NCBI GenBank assembly: GCA_020184695.1
Contig: JAANOX010000278.1
Span: 248,001-312,000, forward strand
Direction of reading: 5' to 3'
DNA from: Histomonas meleagridis 2922-C6/04-290x
Taxonomy: Eukaryota > Protista > Parabasalia
DNA length: 64,000 nt
Part shown: positions 31,535 through 42,600 of the stretch, one piece after another
How positions within the stretch are numbered: position 1 is the first letter of the stretch
Layout of the letters: the number at the start of each line of letters is the position of its first letter
Notes under the pieces: generated by a model
What the model was told of the DNA's origin: nothing
The model's database searches: none
Seen by the model: only the letters and a program-made list of their open reading frames with translations
Made by a program: the position numbers and the translations under genes

Positions 31535-31693
31535 TGACGATTCCTTCCAAAAATGGAAGCAACGAATTACTTACTTTAACAGGATAGTTTCAACCCGCAT
31601 AAAAATAGGGTAACCCTGTAGACACGATCAAAACGGATTCAAAACATTCCTATCGTATTTGTGCAAAAAAGAAAGAAAAGAAAAAAAAAACAA

Positions 31694-32155
31694 ATGGAAG
31701 AAATATCAAATGAAAGTATTCAACAAATCCTTGACGAAAATTCTAAACTTCTTGCAGTTATAATGAAATGTCAAAATGAAGGAAGAATTATGGACTCAAT
31801 TCTTTATCAAACACGACTTCAATTAAATCTTGTCCAACTTGCATCTATTGCAGATAATAGACCTCATCCATCAGTTGGACCACAAGCAGTCAAAGAAATA
31901 ATTACATCATCTACAGAAGCGACAGAAGAAAAGTTAAAGTTATCAAAGTTTATTCAAACGATTCGAAGAGTTGGACTTCGTGATTTAGAATTAATTTCAA
32001 CACTCACTGATATACCTATTAAAGAAGTTCGAACACTTTCGACAACATATATCGAATTTTTAAAACGTCAAAACAGGAATCATGAAGCAGAAGAATATGA
32101 AGAAGAACTTTCATCAAGTATGATGTCACAAGATATTCAAAGTTCAAACGTATAA
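31694..32155 (+). CDS. SSXT-domain protein (SS18/GIF-like SWI/SNF coactivator), intact copy
   Basis: IQQILDENSKLLAVIMKCQNEGRIMDSILYQTRLQLNLVQLASIAD matches the SSXT/SNH domain. Confidence 0.85.
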   Translation: MEEISNESIQQILDENSKLLAVIMKCQNEGRIMDSILYQTRLQLNLVQLASIADNRPHPSVGPQAVKEIITSSTEATEEKLKLSKFIQTIRRVGLRDLELISTLTDIPIKEVRTLSTTYIEFLKRQNRNHEAEEYEEELSSSMMSQDIQSSNV

Positions 32156-32239
32156 AAATTGAAATCAAAAATCACTATTATTATTATTATTTTTTGATAA
32201 ATAAATTAAAACATAGATTTATTTTTATTTTATTATATT

Positions 32240-32665
32240 TTATTTATGTTTAATAACTTGAATAGAAATTTCTGCATCTCCAATTATTTTTGATTCTTCT
32301 GAAAGACAAAGAACATGAAAAATTGCTTTCTGTCCTTGAATATCTTTTACTTTACCTTGAATTAAAAAATGTTTACCAAGTGATAAAGGTGCTTTATGTT
32401 GACAAACAACTTTAGAAGTAACTGTTGAATAATCCTTTGGAAGAAATGAATTTACATATTTACATGTTTCATCATTCATTTGACTAATCATTCCTGGTGT
32501 TGATAAAATATCATCTCCTGCTTTTTGTGTTCGATTTGTAGAAAGATTAAAAGTAACTTCTTTATTACTTTGAAATTCTGACTCTAATTTTAATAATTCT
32601 CTTAAATTGATATCTTTAGTTGAAATCCAATGACGTGAAATATTTTTTGTTGATGAAATTAACAT
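32240..32665 (-). CDS. FlK-like hot-dog thioesterase with putative hydrogenosomal presequence
   Basis: ILSTPGMISQM..., STVTSKVVCQHKAPLSLG and IIGDAE match the fluoroacetyl-CoA thioesterase-like family; N-terminus MLISSTKNISRH. Confidence 0.75.
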   Translation of the reverse strand: MLISSTKNISRHWISTKDINLRELLKLESEFQSNKEVTFNLSTNRTQKAGDDILSTPGMISQMNDETCKYVNSFLPKDYSTVTSKVVCQHKAPLSLGKHFLIQGKVKDIQGQKAIFHVLCLSEESKIIGDAEISIQVIKHK

Positions 32666-32730
32666 TTTTAAATAAGAAACAATTCCTATCGTTATGGTTT
32701 ACTTCTGTTTAACGGTTTTTATTATTTTTC

Positions 32731-33656
32731 ATGAATAAACAACAAACACAAATACCTTGTCGAAAAATTAAAAATAAAGAAGATATTAACATATGGAAAG
32801 AAACACCTGCTTATTATGATATTAAAAGAACTTTTTATCAACTTTTAAATTCTGTTCAAAGTAAGTCTCGAAAACCAAAAGAAAAATCGAGGAATATTAT
32901 TATTCAAGAACTTCTAGAAATATTTTCACGATTAAAACAATATTTAAATGAAACAGAAATTATCACACAAAAATCCATTTTTCGTAATAAAGGATTTTGT
33001 CAATGGTTATTTAAAGTCAAAGAAAATGCACATGAATTATTTTCAAGGGTTACGAATAATGAAGAAGTAATATATTATTTTACAGAATCATTTGGTAATC
33101 TTCACCGTGTTGATTTTGGTACAGGTCATGAATTTAATTTTTTAGCATTTATTACAATTTTTAAATAAAATTTATCTTTTAAGTGAAGAAGATTCAAAGT
33201 TTATAGTGTTTAATATCTTTTGGGAATATTGGAACCTTATTTATCAAGTTATTAATAAATTTCAAGTTGCACCAGCAGGTTCACATGGAGCATGGGGCAT
33301 TAATGATTATCTTATTCTTCCATTTGTATTTGGTTCGTCACAACTTATTGGTAATTCAGAAATCACGCCAAGTAATATTAATGAAGAAAATATTTCAACA
33401 CATTATAAAGAAGAATTTTGTTATTGTATGAGTATTTCACATTTACACCATTGTAAATATGGGAATTTTGAAACATCATCACGAATGTTAAATTCATTAA
33501 GATATGTACCAAATTTTGAAACATTACGAGAAGGAATGGTTAAACTTTATTTTTGATGAAGTCGTGAATAATTTTTTTGTTGTTCAACAATTTGGATTTG
33601 GAGAACTTTTAAAATGGGAAAGCAAAGAAAATAATGAAGAAAATTTTATTAAATAA
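32731..33656 (+). pseudogene. PTPA: PTPA (PP2A activator), frameshifted copy
   Basis: Near-identical to 49556-50479 but with one extra T in each of two T-runs (~33160 and ~33550), splitting it into the 145-aa and 116-aa ORFs. Confidence 0.8.
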
Positions 33657-33842
33657 TGTATTTTAATAAAAATATTTTTTTTAATTTCAATTTTTCAATT
33701 TATCTTTTTGTTGTAATATGAAAAGTGGCAATGTAAATAAATCAATGAAACCGTTATTTTAAAACATCGAAAATTTACGGTTATCGATTCAATTTTCTAT
33801 TGATTTGACAGGCAAAATGCGGTTTGAGGCTCATAACAAAAA

Positions 33843-34292
33843 ATGATTTTCTTCCTTTTTTCGCTCTTATTTGATTCTCAACATTGTAAGAGGAAATGTC
33901 TTTCGCTATTTGCAGGTTCTCCATCTAAGAAAAGGATGTGTCTAGGAACATGCACAAACGGTTTTATCGAAAAAGAAAAGATTCAATTTGGTCAACGTAA
34001 AATGAAAAAAGAAGTTAGCCAATGTCTATCGAAATGTAGTCATAATGTTAATTCATCCACAGACTTTAAAAAATGGCTTAAATGTCGTAAAAGTTGTGTA
34101 ACGATTCCAAATTCAGATCAATATGATTATTTTTCACCAGATCAATGTGTTTCAGAGTGTGATCAACATTGGAAGGGTACAGACCATCATCAACCGTGTC
34201 AAGAACAATGTTCAATGTTTCAACAAAACTTTGTCAATTCGAAGCCAACCAAAGCAGATCCAAGGCGTGTTCAAATCTTTACCATTTGGTAA
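33843..34292 (+). CDS. Cys-rich putatively secreted protein with six CX3C motifs (left copy, 149 aa)
   Basis: Hydrophobic leader MIFFLFSLLF; 12 Cys arranged as three CX3C-x(13/15/12)-CX3C modules. Confidence 0.7.
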   Translation: MIFFLFSLLFDSQHCKRKCLSLFAGSPSKKRMCLGTCTNGFIEKEKIQFGQRKMKKEVSQCLSKCSHNVNSSTDFKKWLKCRKSCVTIPNSDQYDYFSPDQCVSECDQHWKGTDHHQPCQEQCSMFQQNFVNSKPTKADPRRVQIFTIW

Positions 34293-34639
34293 TCTACCTT
34301 GTTTTTAATAAATCTTTGTTTTCAACGAAACAATTTCCAAAATGGTCAAATCAACATTTTTTTTCATAACAAAACCGCAATAAAGTTATGAAAATGCGAC
34401 ACTTTTACGGTTATAAAATTTTGTGATTTAAATTTTTATTTTTTCTTCGAAGATTTCTGAAATTATTTATAAACACTTGGGATCTATGCTCTAACAACGC
34501 CATAAAAAATTTGTTAATTGATTATTTAACAAATAATAAATATTAATTCATATTCATTTCTAATTTAAATTATTTTTTATCATGATTTATATCATTAAAG
34601 AATTTTACTCAAAGAACCCTTCGGTTATGGAGTAGATTA

Positions 34640-35030
34640 TGCATGATATTTACTTTATACAAAGAGTTTTTTATTCATTAGCAGGCTTTCAAAGCCATAA
34701 GTTCCAAGTGAAACAACACATCAACACCCAAAATCCCATTAAATTCAGACCACCAACTGGCCTATAATTAGAACTTGTGATTAAATATGAAAATCATCTC
34801 ATTTGATTATCATTTGAGAAACAAACGCTTGAGAGCTTGGCTTACCTTAAGCAACAGTTTAAATTGAATTTAATTGAAGATAAAATGAAAGATGATGTCA
34901 ATCATATCAAATTTAATTTTCATTCCAACGGGCATTCAATGTCGCTTAGTTTTGCTGGTGTGTTCAACGTCTTTAAAGGAATTTTGCTTGATATGAAAAA
35001 TATCATAATCTTCAAAGTTTTACAATAACA
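34640..35030 (+). pseudogene. Decayed coding relic of unknown family crossing the left-arm inner breakpoint
   Basis: One frame runs ~130 codons with only two internal stops, while the other frames are stop-dense; no family recognised. Confidence 0.3.
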
Positions 35031-35554
35031 TCATCCTGATGTTACAACCTAAGTGTATCAAATCAGTTGAACTGTTCATTGATATCTTTCTTGAACGAGA
35101 AGCAAGTACGAGAAAGTCCGCGAAACGATCGGATTAATTGAAAAGCAATCACTTCACATGCTATAAACTTTCAAATACAACCGGTCAACGCTTAAATTTC
35201 TGTTAAATTTAACACAAATCCCAAAAAATTTTTTGTGTAACACATTCAGTTTTTCAATGCCAGACGGATACAATTATTTTTCAAATACCAGCACTGTCAA
35301 ATTACCCAACATGTCAAATCAATTTTCACAATCTTATTCAGATTGATAACATGAGTTATATTATTATTTATTTTTCCCAATCGCTTGTGAATATTATTTC
35401 TCGCTTTTGAAATTTAAATCAATGTTTTTACTGAGATATTTCTGTTTAATTTGATTGCTATAACTAGTTCGATTAACAATTCAAAAAGATTACTTTTTCT
35501 ATGCAAGTGGTTTAACAATTCAAAATTTTGTACAGTTTTGAGTTCATTTTTTCC

Positions 35555-36712
35555 ATGCTCTTCCTTCTTCTCGGAATTGCTCAAGCAAGGTTTGACCAAT
35601 TGACTGTTGGTTCCCCAGACCAATGTTATGAAATTAGCATTTTGCCTGATCGCTTCAAGGACATTTATGATGAATTCTGCAAAGACATTCCAGTTGAACT
35701 TGAAGAGTTCTGTTCTAACTACAAGGTTCTCAAGAATTCATATTCTAAAGTTCACTTTAGCTGCACTGCTCCAGGTCTTGAATATAAGGTTGGTACTTTT
35801 ATCGATACTGACATTTGCTATATCCACATGTTTTCCCAGGTTTCCGAACTTAACTTCACTGGAATCGCAGAAACTCCACGTATCTATGTTGCACTTGATC
35901 AAACAGGAAGTGGAAGGATTCCAATTCAAGTTAAACCACAAGATATTTCCGACTTAATTCCAAGCATCATTTTCCAAAATGATGTTTTCATCAATGGTAC
36001 ATTAATTGCTGATGATATCACATTCTTAGGCCGTAGATACGGTACTGTTGAAGCTGACCACATATACTCTGTAAATCAAGATGACCTCAATGGCAGCATA
36101 TCATCCAAAAACACATATCTTTATGATATGGTTTCACCTTTACCCAATGGTGAATGTCATCTTATTTTACGAGAAAACAACATCACTGTTCCAACCAGCC
36201 GCTGGAGACCAATGGTATTTAATGCTGATGTTCAATTCCAATTCAGTCCATATATCACTGAAGATAAAGTCATTGAAATTGAACTTTATGAGAATGTTAC
36301 CCAGCCAACTGATCTCACTATCTTATTAGATCAACCTACAATCGCTTACTATACAATGCTCTTCAGGGAATATTTTTACACCAATTTACCATGGTACCTA
36401 CTTGAAGATGCACATAAAGCACGAGTGAAATTCAATTTCACTGGAGATTGGGCAAGCACAAGCGGATTCGAGTTAAGGCTCAAATATCCACCACACATAG
36501 AGGAAAAGATTGACTTCTCGAGCATTCCATCAAACATTCAAGTCGTTAGGGAAAGCAATGATGATACATACTTCGAAGAAATTAGCATCGGAGGATTGTC
36601 GACTGGCGTAATTGTCGCAATTGTTGTTGTTGTCGTTGTTGTTGTAGCTGTCGTAGTATTCTTGATTATCTTCTGTTTATGCTGCAAGAAAGGCGGTAAG
36701 TCTTCTTCGTAA
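35555..36712 (+). CDS. Type I membrane surface protein (signal peptide, novel ectodomain, poly-Val TM, Cys-rich juxtamembrane)
   Basis: TCATT Inr before ATG 35555; leader MLFLLLGIAQA; C-terminal GGLSTGVIVAIVVVVVVVVAVVVFLIIFCLCCKK. Confidence 0.8.
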   Translation: MLFLLLGIAQARFDQLTVGSPDQCYEISILPDRFKDIYDEFCKDIPVELEEFCSNYKVLKNSYSKVHFSCTAPGLEYKVGTFIDTDICYIHMFSQVSELNFTGIAETPRIYVALDQTGSGRIPIQVKPQDISDLIPSIIFQNDVFINGTLIADDITFLGRRYGTVEADHIYSVNQDDLNGSISSKNTYLYDMVSPLPNGECHLILRENNITVPTSRWRPMVFNADVQFQFSPYITEDKVIEIELYENVTQPTDLTILLDQPTIAYYTMLFREYFYTNLPWYLLEDAHKARVKFNFTGDWASTSGFELRLKYPPHIEEKIDFSSIPSNIQVVRESNDDTYFEEISIGGLSTGVIVAIVVVVVVVVAVVVFLIIFCLCCKKGGKSSS

Positions 36713-37165
36713 ACCATAGGAATATATAACTTTATCATTTTAATATGTAACAAAAAAGATTTGAAATAAGAAATACTTCATTAAACACTTTTTGGAGAGT
36801 AAACATAACACATTTCTATGATTCAGATCCACATTTATAGCAATTGGTATAAGTTTCAATAACTACAGAACATACAAGTCGGCTTTTCCTAAATTAAATA
36901 AGGTATTATTTATATTTAATGGATGTTGAAAAATTTCGCTGTTAGGGATGGGGAATTTGAGTATTTCTATAGTTTTAAAAGTACTCTATCGTCCAAGTAT
37001 CGAAAGTGCCAATGCCGATAGGTCCGACACATTTTTGTGAAATTACGTTTAACTTGAGAATACAGTTAATTAACTGTATGATGTATATCATTGAAATTTT
37101 CTGAACAAAATCTTTCCTTATCAAATCAACAGAAATCACAAGCGGTAATATTCGGAAAAAGAAGA

Positions 37166-39295
37166 ATGATCTTGTTCACTGCGCTCTGCCTTGCTTTCGA
37201 ATCAAATTATGTTACGAACCCTTCATTTGAATCAGGGCTGTCAAATTGGGGGTTTGATTACAGCACATGTAAAGTAACATCTGAAGTATCACATTCTGGA
37301 AATAGTTCAATTTATTGTCATGATACATCAGGAGAGAGGAATGCACTTGCATACCAATTTAAATCCAAAGGATCATTACCAAGTGGATTTTATTATAAAC
37401 TTTCAGCATGGATTCGAATGAAGGACTGCACATCAAGATTATTAGTTTATGCTGAAGGCCAATGGAATGCATACACAATTGGTCTATATGTTTATAATGA
37501 TAAAAATCGTTCATGTTCAAAAAATGATAATCAACTCTATAATTGTGATGATGATTGGTATTATATTGAAGGCACCACACTAGAACCATTAGAATCCACA
37601 CAACCATGCGTTATTGGATTTGGTCTTCGTGACAAAGGCACTGGCGAATTTTGGATTGACGACATCACATTTACACCTGTTATGACGACCACATTACTCA
37701 ACAGTGCCGATGTTACATGTTGGCGTCAAGAAGCGTATCGAGACAAGACCAATGTAATTGTTGATCTAGCAGTCAAAAACACGCATTGGGAGAATGGCGA
37801 TGATTTAGCATTCGATGTTGATTTCATTAACCAAGAAACAGGGGAAACAGAGTTAACACTTCATGAATTTACGATCAAACGTAACATCGAAAACATTTAT
37901 GCTAACTTTGAATTAGATCCAACACTTTTAACGCCAGGTTATTATAATGTTAGTGTTACATTATATAATCTTTTGTTTAATATTACTGAGAAAACTCAAA
38001 CATACATTCACATCTTATCTGAAAAACGTGATTATGCCATTTATATTGATGATAGGATGCGTACTATTGATCATGGGAAAGTCTTCTTTCCACTTGGCGT
38101 ATACTATGATTATTGCGATTATTCCGAAGATATCATTCGTGACTATATTGCATCTGATGACAGTCCATTTAATTTAGTTATAGGCGGCGGACGTAGTAAA
38201 GCAGCGATGGATCGTGTATATAACATTACAAATGGTAAAATCCGTGTTATAGACTTAGGCACATCAAATAAAGTTGCGTATAGTAATGTTACACAACGTA
38301 AAGAAATTGCAAAACAACTTGCTGATTATGCGAGAACAGTCAAAGATTCGCCAGGTTTATTTGCATATTATCATCAAGATGAGCCTACGTCACAAGTAGT
38401 TCCATCAATGCATGAGAATGTTATAGCATTACGTGAAGCAGATCCTGATCATCCTGTTTATACTGCAGTTAATCGACGATTAGAGTTACATTATATTAAA
38501 GAAGGCTTAGATTGTTACGGAAGTGATATTTATCCCGTACAACATTACGACGATTTCCATGCAGTGTATACAGTGACTTATCAAGGACGGAATAGTGTTA
38601 TAAATAATAGAGCGAATTGGGGAATTCCACAATTCTTTAGTTGGAAAATAATTGATGAAAAACAATTTCCTAATGAATTACCTCCAACTTATGATCAGTT
38701 ACGTCAAATGACATATCAAATGATTGTCGGCGGCGCAAATGGAATTATATATTATGACTTTAGTGCGACAATGTGTGGGCCACAACAGCCATGGCAAGAT
38801 GAATGGGAGAAGTTAAAGAAAGTCGCAAATGAACTAATGAATGATTACGTGCCAATTATATTATCTGGGAATGACGTTGATCCAGGTTATGCACAGCCAA
38901 CGTATGAAAAGGAACTTAATGTTGGAAGGGAATGCGCTGTACGGTTCTTTAATTATGATGGATATGATTACGTTTTGGCAGTGAACATTTGGCAATATAA
39001 TGCAAAGGAATGCACTTTCTTTAAGCCAAATACTACTTCAAAAGTTAAAATAGTGTCTGGCGAATCAGAAGTGAAAGAACAGACAGAGACAACATTGACT
39101 TTGAGTATGCCCCCAATGGACGTTACTTGGCTGAGAATTACAAATGAAGCATTTAATGGAAAAAGTGGATTATCAACAACTTCAAAGATAGTAATTGCTG
39201 TGGTTGTGGTTGTAGTGGTCATTGTCGTTGTCGTTGTTGGTGTTTTGATATATCTCAAGAAGAGAAACCAAAAAGAAATCTCTTCTTCGGTTTAA
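37166..39295 (+). CDS. Type I membrane protein: CBM4/9-like domain plus glycoside-hydrolase-like (clan A type) barrel
   Basis: Leader MILFTALCLA; NYVTNPSFESG...FWIDDITF (CBM-like); FFPLGVY, YYHQDEP, DPDHPVY, GSDIYPV, QLRQMTYQMIVGGANGIIYY (bacterial GH42-like pattern); C-terminal poly-Val TM. Confidence 0.7.
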   Translation: MILFTALCLAFESNYVTNPSFESGLSNWGFDYSTCKVTSEVSHSGNSSIYCHDTSGERNALAYQFKSKGSLPSGFYYKLSAWIRMKDCTSRLLVYAEGQWNAYTIGLYVYNDKNRSCSKNDNQLYNCDDDWYYIEGTTLEPLESTQPCVIGFGLRDKGTGEFWIDDITFTPVMTTTLLNSADVTCWRQEAYRDKTNVIVDLAVKNTHWENGDDLAFDVDFINQETGETELTLHEFTIKRNIENIYANFELDPTLLTPGYYNVSVTLYNLLFNITEKTQTYIHILSEKRDYAIYIDDRMRTIDHGKVFFPLGVYYDYCDYSEDIIRDYIASDDSPFNLVIGGGRSKAAMDRVYNITNGKIRVIDLGTSNKVAYSNVTQRKEIAKQLADYARTVKDSPGLFAYYHQDEPTSQVVPSMHENVIALREADPDHPVYTAVNRRLELHYIKEGLDCYGSDIYPVQHYDDFHAVYTVTYQGRNSVINNRANWGIPQFFSWKIIDEKQFPNELPPTYDQLRQMTYQMIVGGANGIIYYDFSATMCGPQQPWQDEWEKLKKVANELMNDYVPIILSGNDVDPGYAQPTYEKELNVGRECAVRFFNYDGYDYVLAVNIWQYNAKECTFFKPNTTSKVKIVSGESEVKEQTETTLTLSMPPMDVTWLRITNEAFNGKSGLSTTSKIVIAVVVVVVVIVVVVVGVLIYLKKRNQKEISSSV

Positions 39296-39619
39296 ATAAA
39301 TCTCGTTGACTCTTTGTTTATGTTTTTGATGAATACCAAAATCATTAATTGAAACATTGTTAATAAATAAAATAAATGTTAAAATATGTATTTCATGCCA
39401 AAATCATTATAATGATACAATTGTTTTTTTAGATATAAACTGAAATTTTTTTCTGTTTAATGAAATTATAATAAATTGTTATGAAAATTTGTTTAAGGAA
39501 TAGGTAAAATATGTTATTTAATGTTGAAATATTTGAAGAAAATTTACAAAATCGCAGCATTTCACATCATAATAAACCATACAATTATTCAATAGCTCTG
39601 CTCGACTCCAAACGACCAA

Positions 39620-42600
39620 ATGGATAAAACAAATCTTCTTAGAAAACGACATACCTTTCGAAGTTTTAAGCAAAAAATCAATGCCATTAATGCGGATATT
39701 ACGAACAATTTCGAATTAAAGCGGGATTCACCGAGAGGCGGCGATTTCGGCACATATTTCTACGATGAGTTACAAAACAGTATGAGGGGTTATCTTGATC
39801 CAGAGTACGCGATTTTCACCAGGGATTTACTTCCCATATCTCGATCACTTCCAATAATTCTTCATAACAAAGAAAAATTATTTAATTATTTTATTGATTT
39901 TCTGAAGAAACCTCACGAGGAAATTAAAGGTTGTCTTGAAGATGTAATGAAGTTAATTACCCAACTTTCGCGTGATTTAAGATCAGATTTTTATCCATAT
40001 TTCCCAACAATTTTCAAGTTATTATCAGAACAATTTGATGCTCTAATGCCAACAGCTTCGGCAGAATTCGTTGACGCCTTTTTCCAATGCGTTTGTTTCC
40101 TATTAAATTTTCTTAAAAAGTCATTAATCAATGATCTTGACAATGTCATTATGATGTTCTATGAATTCTTCTTAGTACATAAACGCGAATTCGTCAGAAG
40201 ACTTGGAGCTGAATCGTTAGCTTATCTTCTTCGACAAGCGCCAAATAAAATTGATTCTCATAAATCATTAGTTGAATCTGGTCGAATATTCATCCAGGAT
40301 AAAACGCCAGAAGAAGCCGAAGTTTTTGAGAAATCTCTTGGTCTTGTTCTCTGTGCTGAAATTAAGAATTTTAGTCAATCACTTCGATCAAATGCAACCA
40401 AACTCATTGATCCCTTATTTTATAATAACGACGACTTCATTATTAATGCGTTTTCATATGCGCAAGAGAAACTTTCGGGTCATGTCCGTGAACAATTTGC
40501 AATTCCATATTTAGAAGTATTATCGGCTAAGTTGCCGACCGTTAACTCGGACATGTGCTGTAAAGTATTCAATTTCTGGATGGAGAAATCTGAATTTAAC
40601 ATTTGTCATATTTCATTAAAAGTATTACCAGAATTAATTGGTCATACGGACAGTAATTTGTTATGTGAATTTCTATGTAACTTAGACAAATATTCACTCG
40701 AAGACGGTACAAGTGAATTGATTTCTAATTCTGTAATTTATTTGATTGAATCAGAAAATGTTGAAGAACATATAGAACATTTAAAAGAATGTCGCCGAAT
40801 TGTATATTTAACGCAAGAGAATATATTGAAATATATCACTGAGAACTTTAATCGTTTGTTAATGCATCTTAAAGTTATCCTTGAATGGATACATCCGACG
40901 CAATATTTAATCTCAAATGAGTTAATACAATGTGTTAAAGATAATTTCGATGTTAATCAAGAACTAATGATCGAATTATCGAATTATATTAATGACAAAA
41001 GTATATATGAAAAGATCAAAAATATAAATAACTTAACAATTAATGAGCGTAAAGTATTATATTCATTAATGGGTAAATATGAACCAGACTTATTAACAGA
41101 ACAGCCTCCATATTTAATAACGTTATTAAAAGATCCGGAAAACATTAACGAAGAGTTTTTAGATCTTTTATATTCATTAACTATTATTTCTATAACTAAA
41201 TCACCAAATTGGTTAAATAAGAAAGATGAAATATTGAATGAATTATATAATATATTTAACTTTAATATCGATTCTCATGAAATCCAACAATTATCATCAA
41301 AGATTTTATATGCATTCATTCAAGATGATAATAAAACTTTCGATTTATTATCACCAAAAGAACTTTTAATTAGAGCTGCAAACGCTGTCTTTAATTGTGA
41401 ACATACATTAGAAAGTTATAAAATTGGCGAAAGTTATATTTCTAGATTAACATCATCAATAACTAAATTAGCAAATGATATGGATAAAACTTTTAATCTT
41501 TCATTAGGATTTTCTAATCAAAATTATTTACGTTTTCGAACACTTGATGAAGATTTAATAGTTGAAATCATTAAATTCGATCAGAATTATGCAATTGAAA
41601 TTATTGATATTTTATATAATAGATATCCATGGAATGATTGTAGTTTTTTAGCTGAAACTTTATTAAAATCTTTAGCTAAAGTTTCATATGTTAATGAGAA
41701 ATTAGTTTCATTAATTTATCTATTTGCTAATGATAATAATAAGGATTATAAGAAATTGGAATTATTAATAAATTCGATTTCATCATTAACTAAAAAAGAT
41801 GAATTCTCTGAGAAAGCAGAAGAAGCTATAATGGAATTATTAAAATCGACAAATATTAATATTCGAAAAGCAGCTTTTAATTTGTTATATCAATCGAATA
41901 TATTAAAGAATAAAGATATTAAACAACAATTAAAACAAAAAATTAAAGCACAACTTGATTCATTTCTTGAAACTCGAATTAATACTGATTTAATATCAAA
42001 TTTCCATGTGTTTATAGAAGAAGAATTAACATTTGAACGTAAATTTGTTGTATCAGTTGGAATTAATATGTCGATTGGAATAATCACTGAATATTTAACA
42101 GAGAAAAGAAAAGATAAAAAGCGTTATGAACAAAACGCACAAATTATAATGCAAGCAATGTCATATCTAAATGATTATGAAATAGAACCATTAATTAAAG
42201 CATTTCTAAAAGAGAAACCAAAAGCATCAGAAATACGTAACTTCCCAAAATTTGCAATACCTATGATAACACGTTTAACTAATCATTTAATACCTTATTT
42301 AGATCAAATATCAAATTTATTATTATTGGCATTAAAACAAGCACCGAAACCACAAATTAATAAGGAATTAAAGAAATCATTAAATGCATTATCAATCTTT
42401 TTCGATAGTTTTGAAGCACAAGAAGATTATGCTAATGAAATATTAAAGTATATGAATTCGATAATGAAATATAATAATATATTTGGAATTCGATTATTAT
42501 TATCAATAAGTAAATCAACACCAAAAGTATATGAAAATCATTATGAAATAGTTAATGATTTAATAGAATTAGTTAAATTAATGAATGCTGATACAATCGA

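Larger units (their letters stand above)
31623..34777. repeat. Inverted segmental duplication, left arm (3155 bp)
   Basis: Reverse complement of 48440-51587. Identity starts at CACGATCAAAACGG and ends at ...AATTAGAACTTG; the indels I counted sum to the 7-bp length difference. Confidence 0.95.

Noticed and set aside
14380-37030. CGATAG/CTATCG as a general promoter motif
   Set aside because: Seen near several starts, but a 6-mer of this composition is expected many times by chance in 64 kb.
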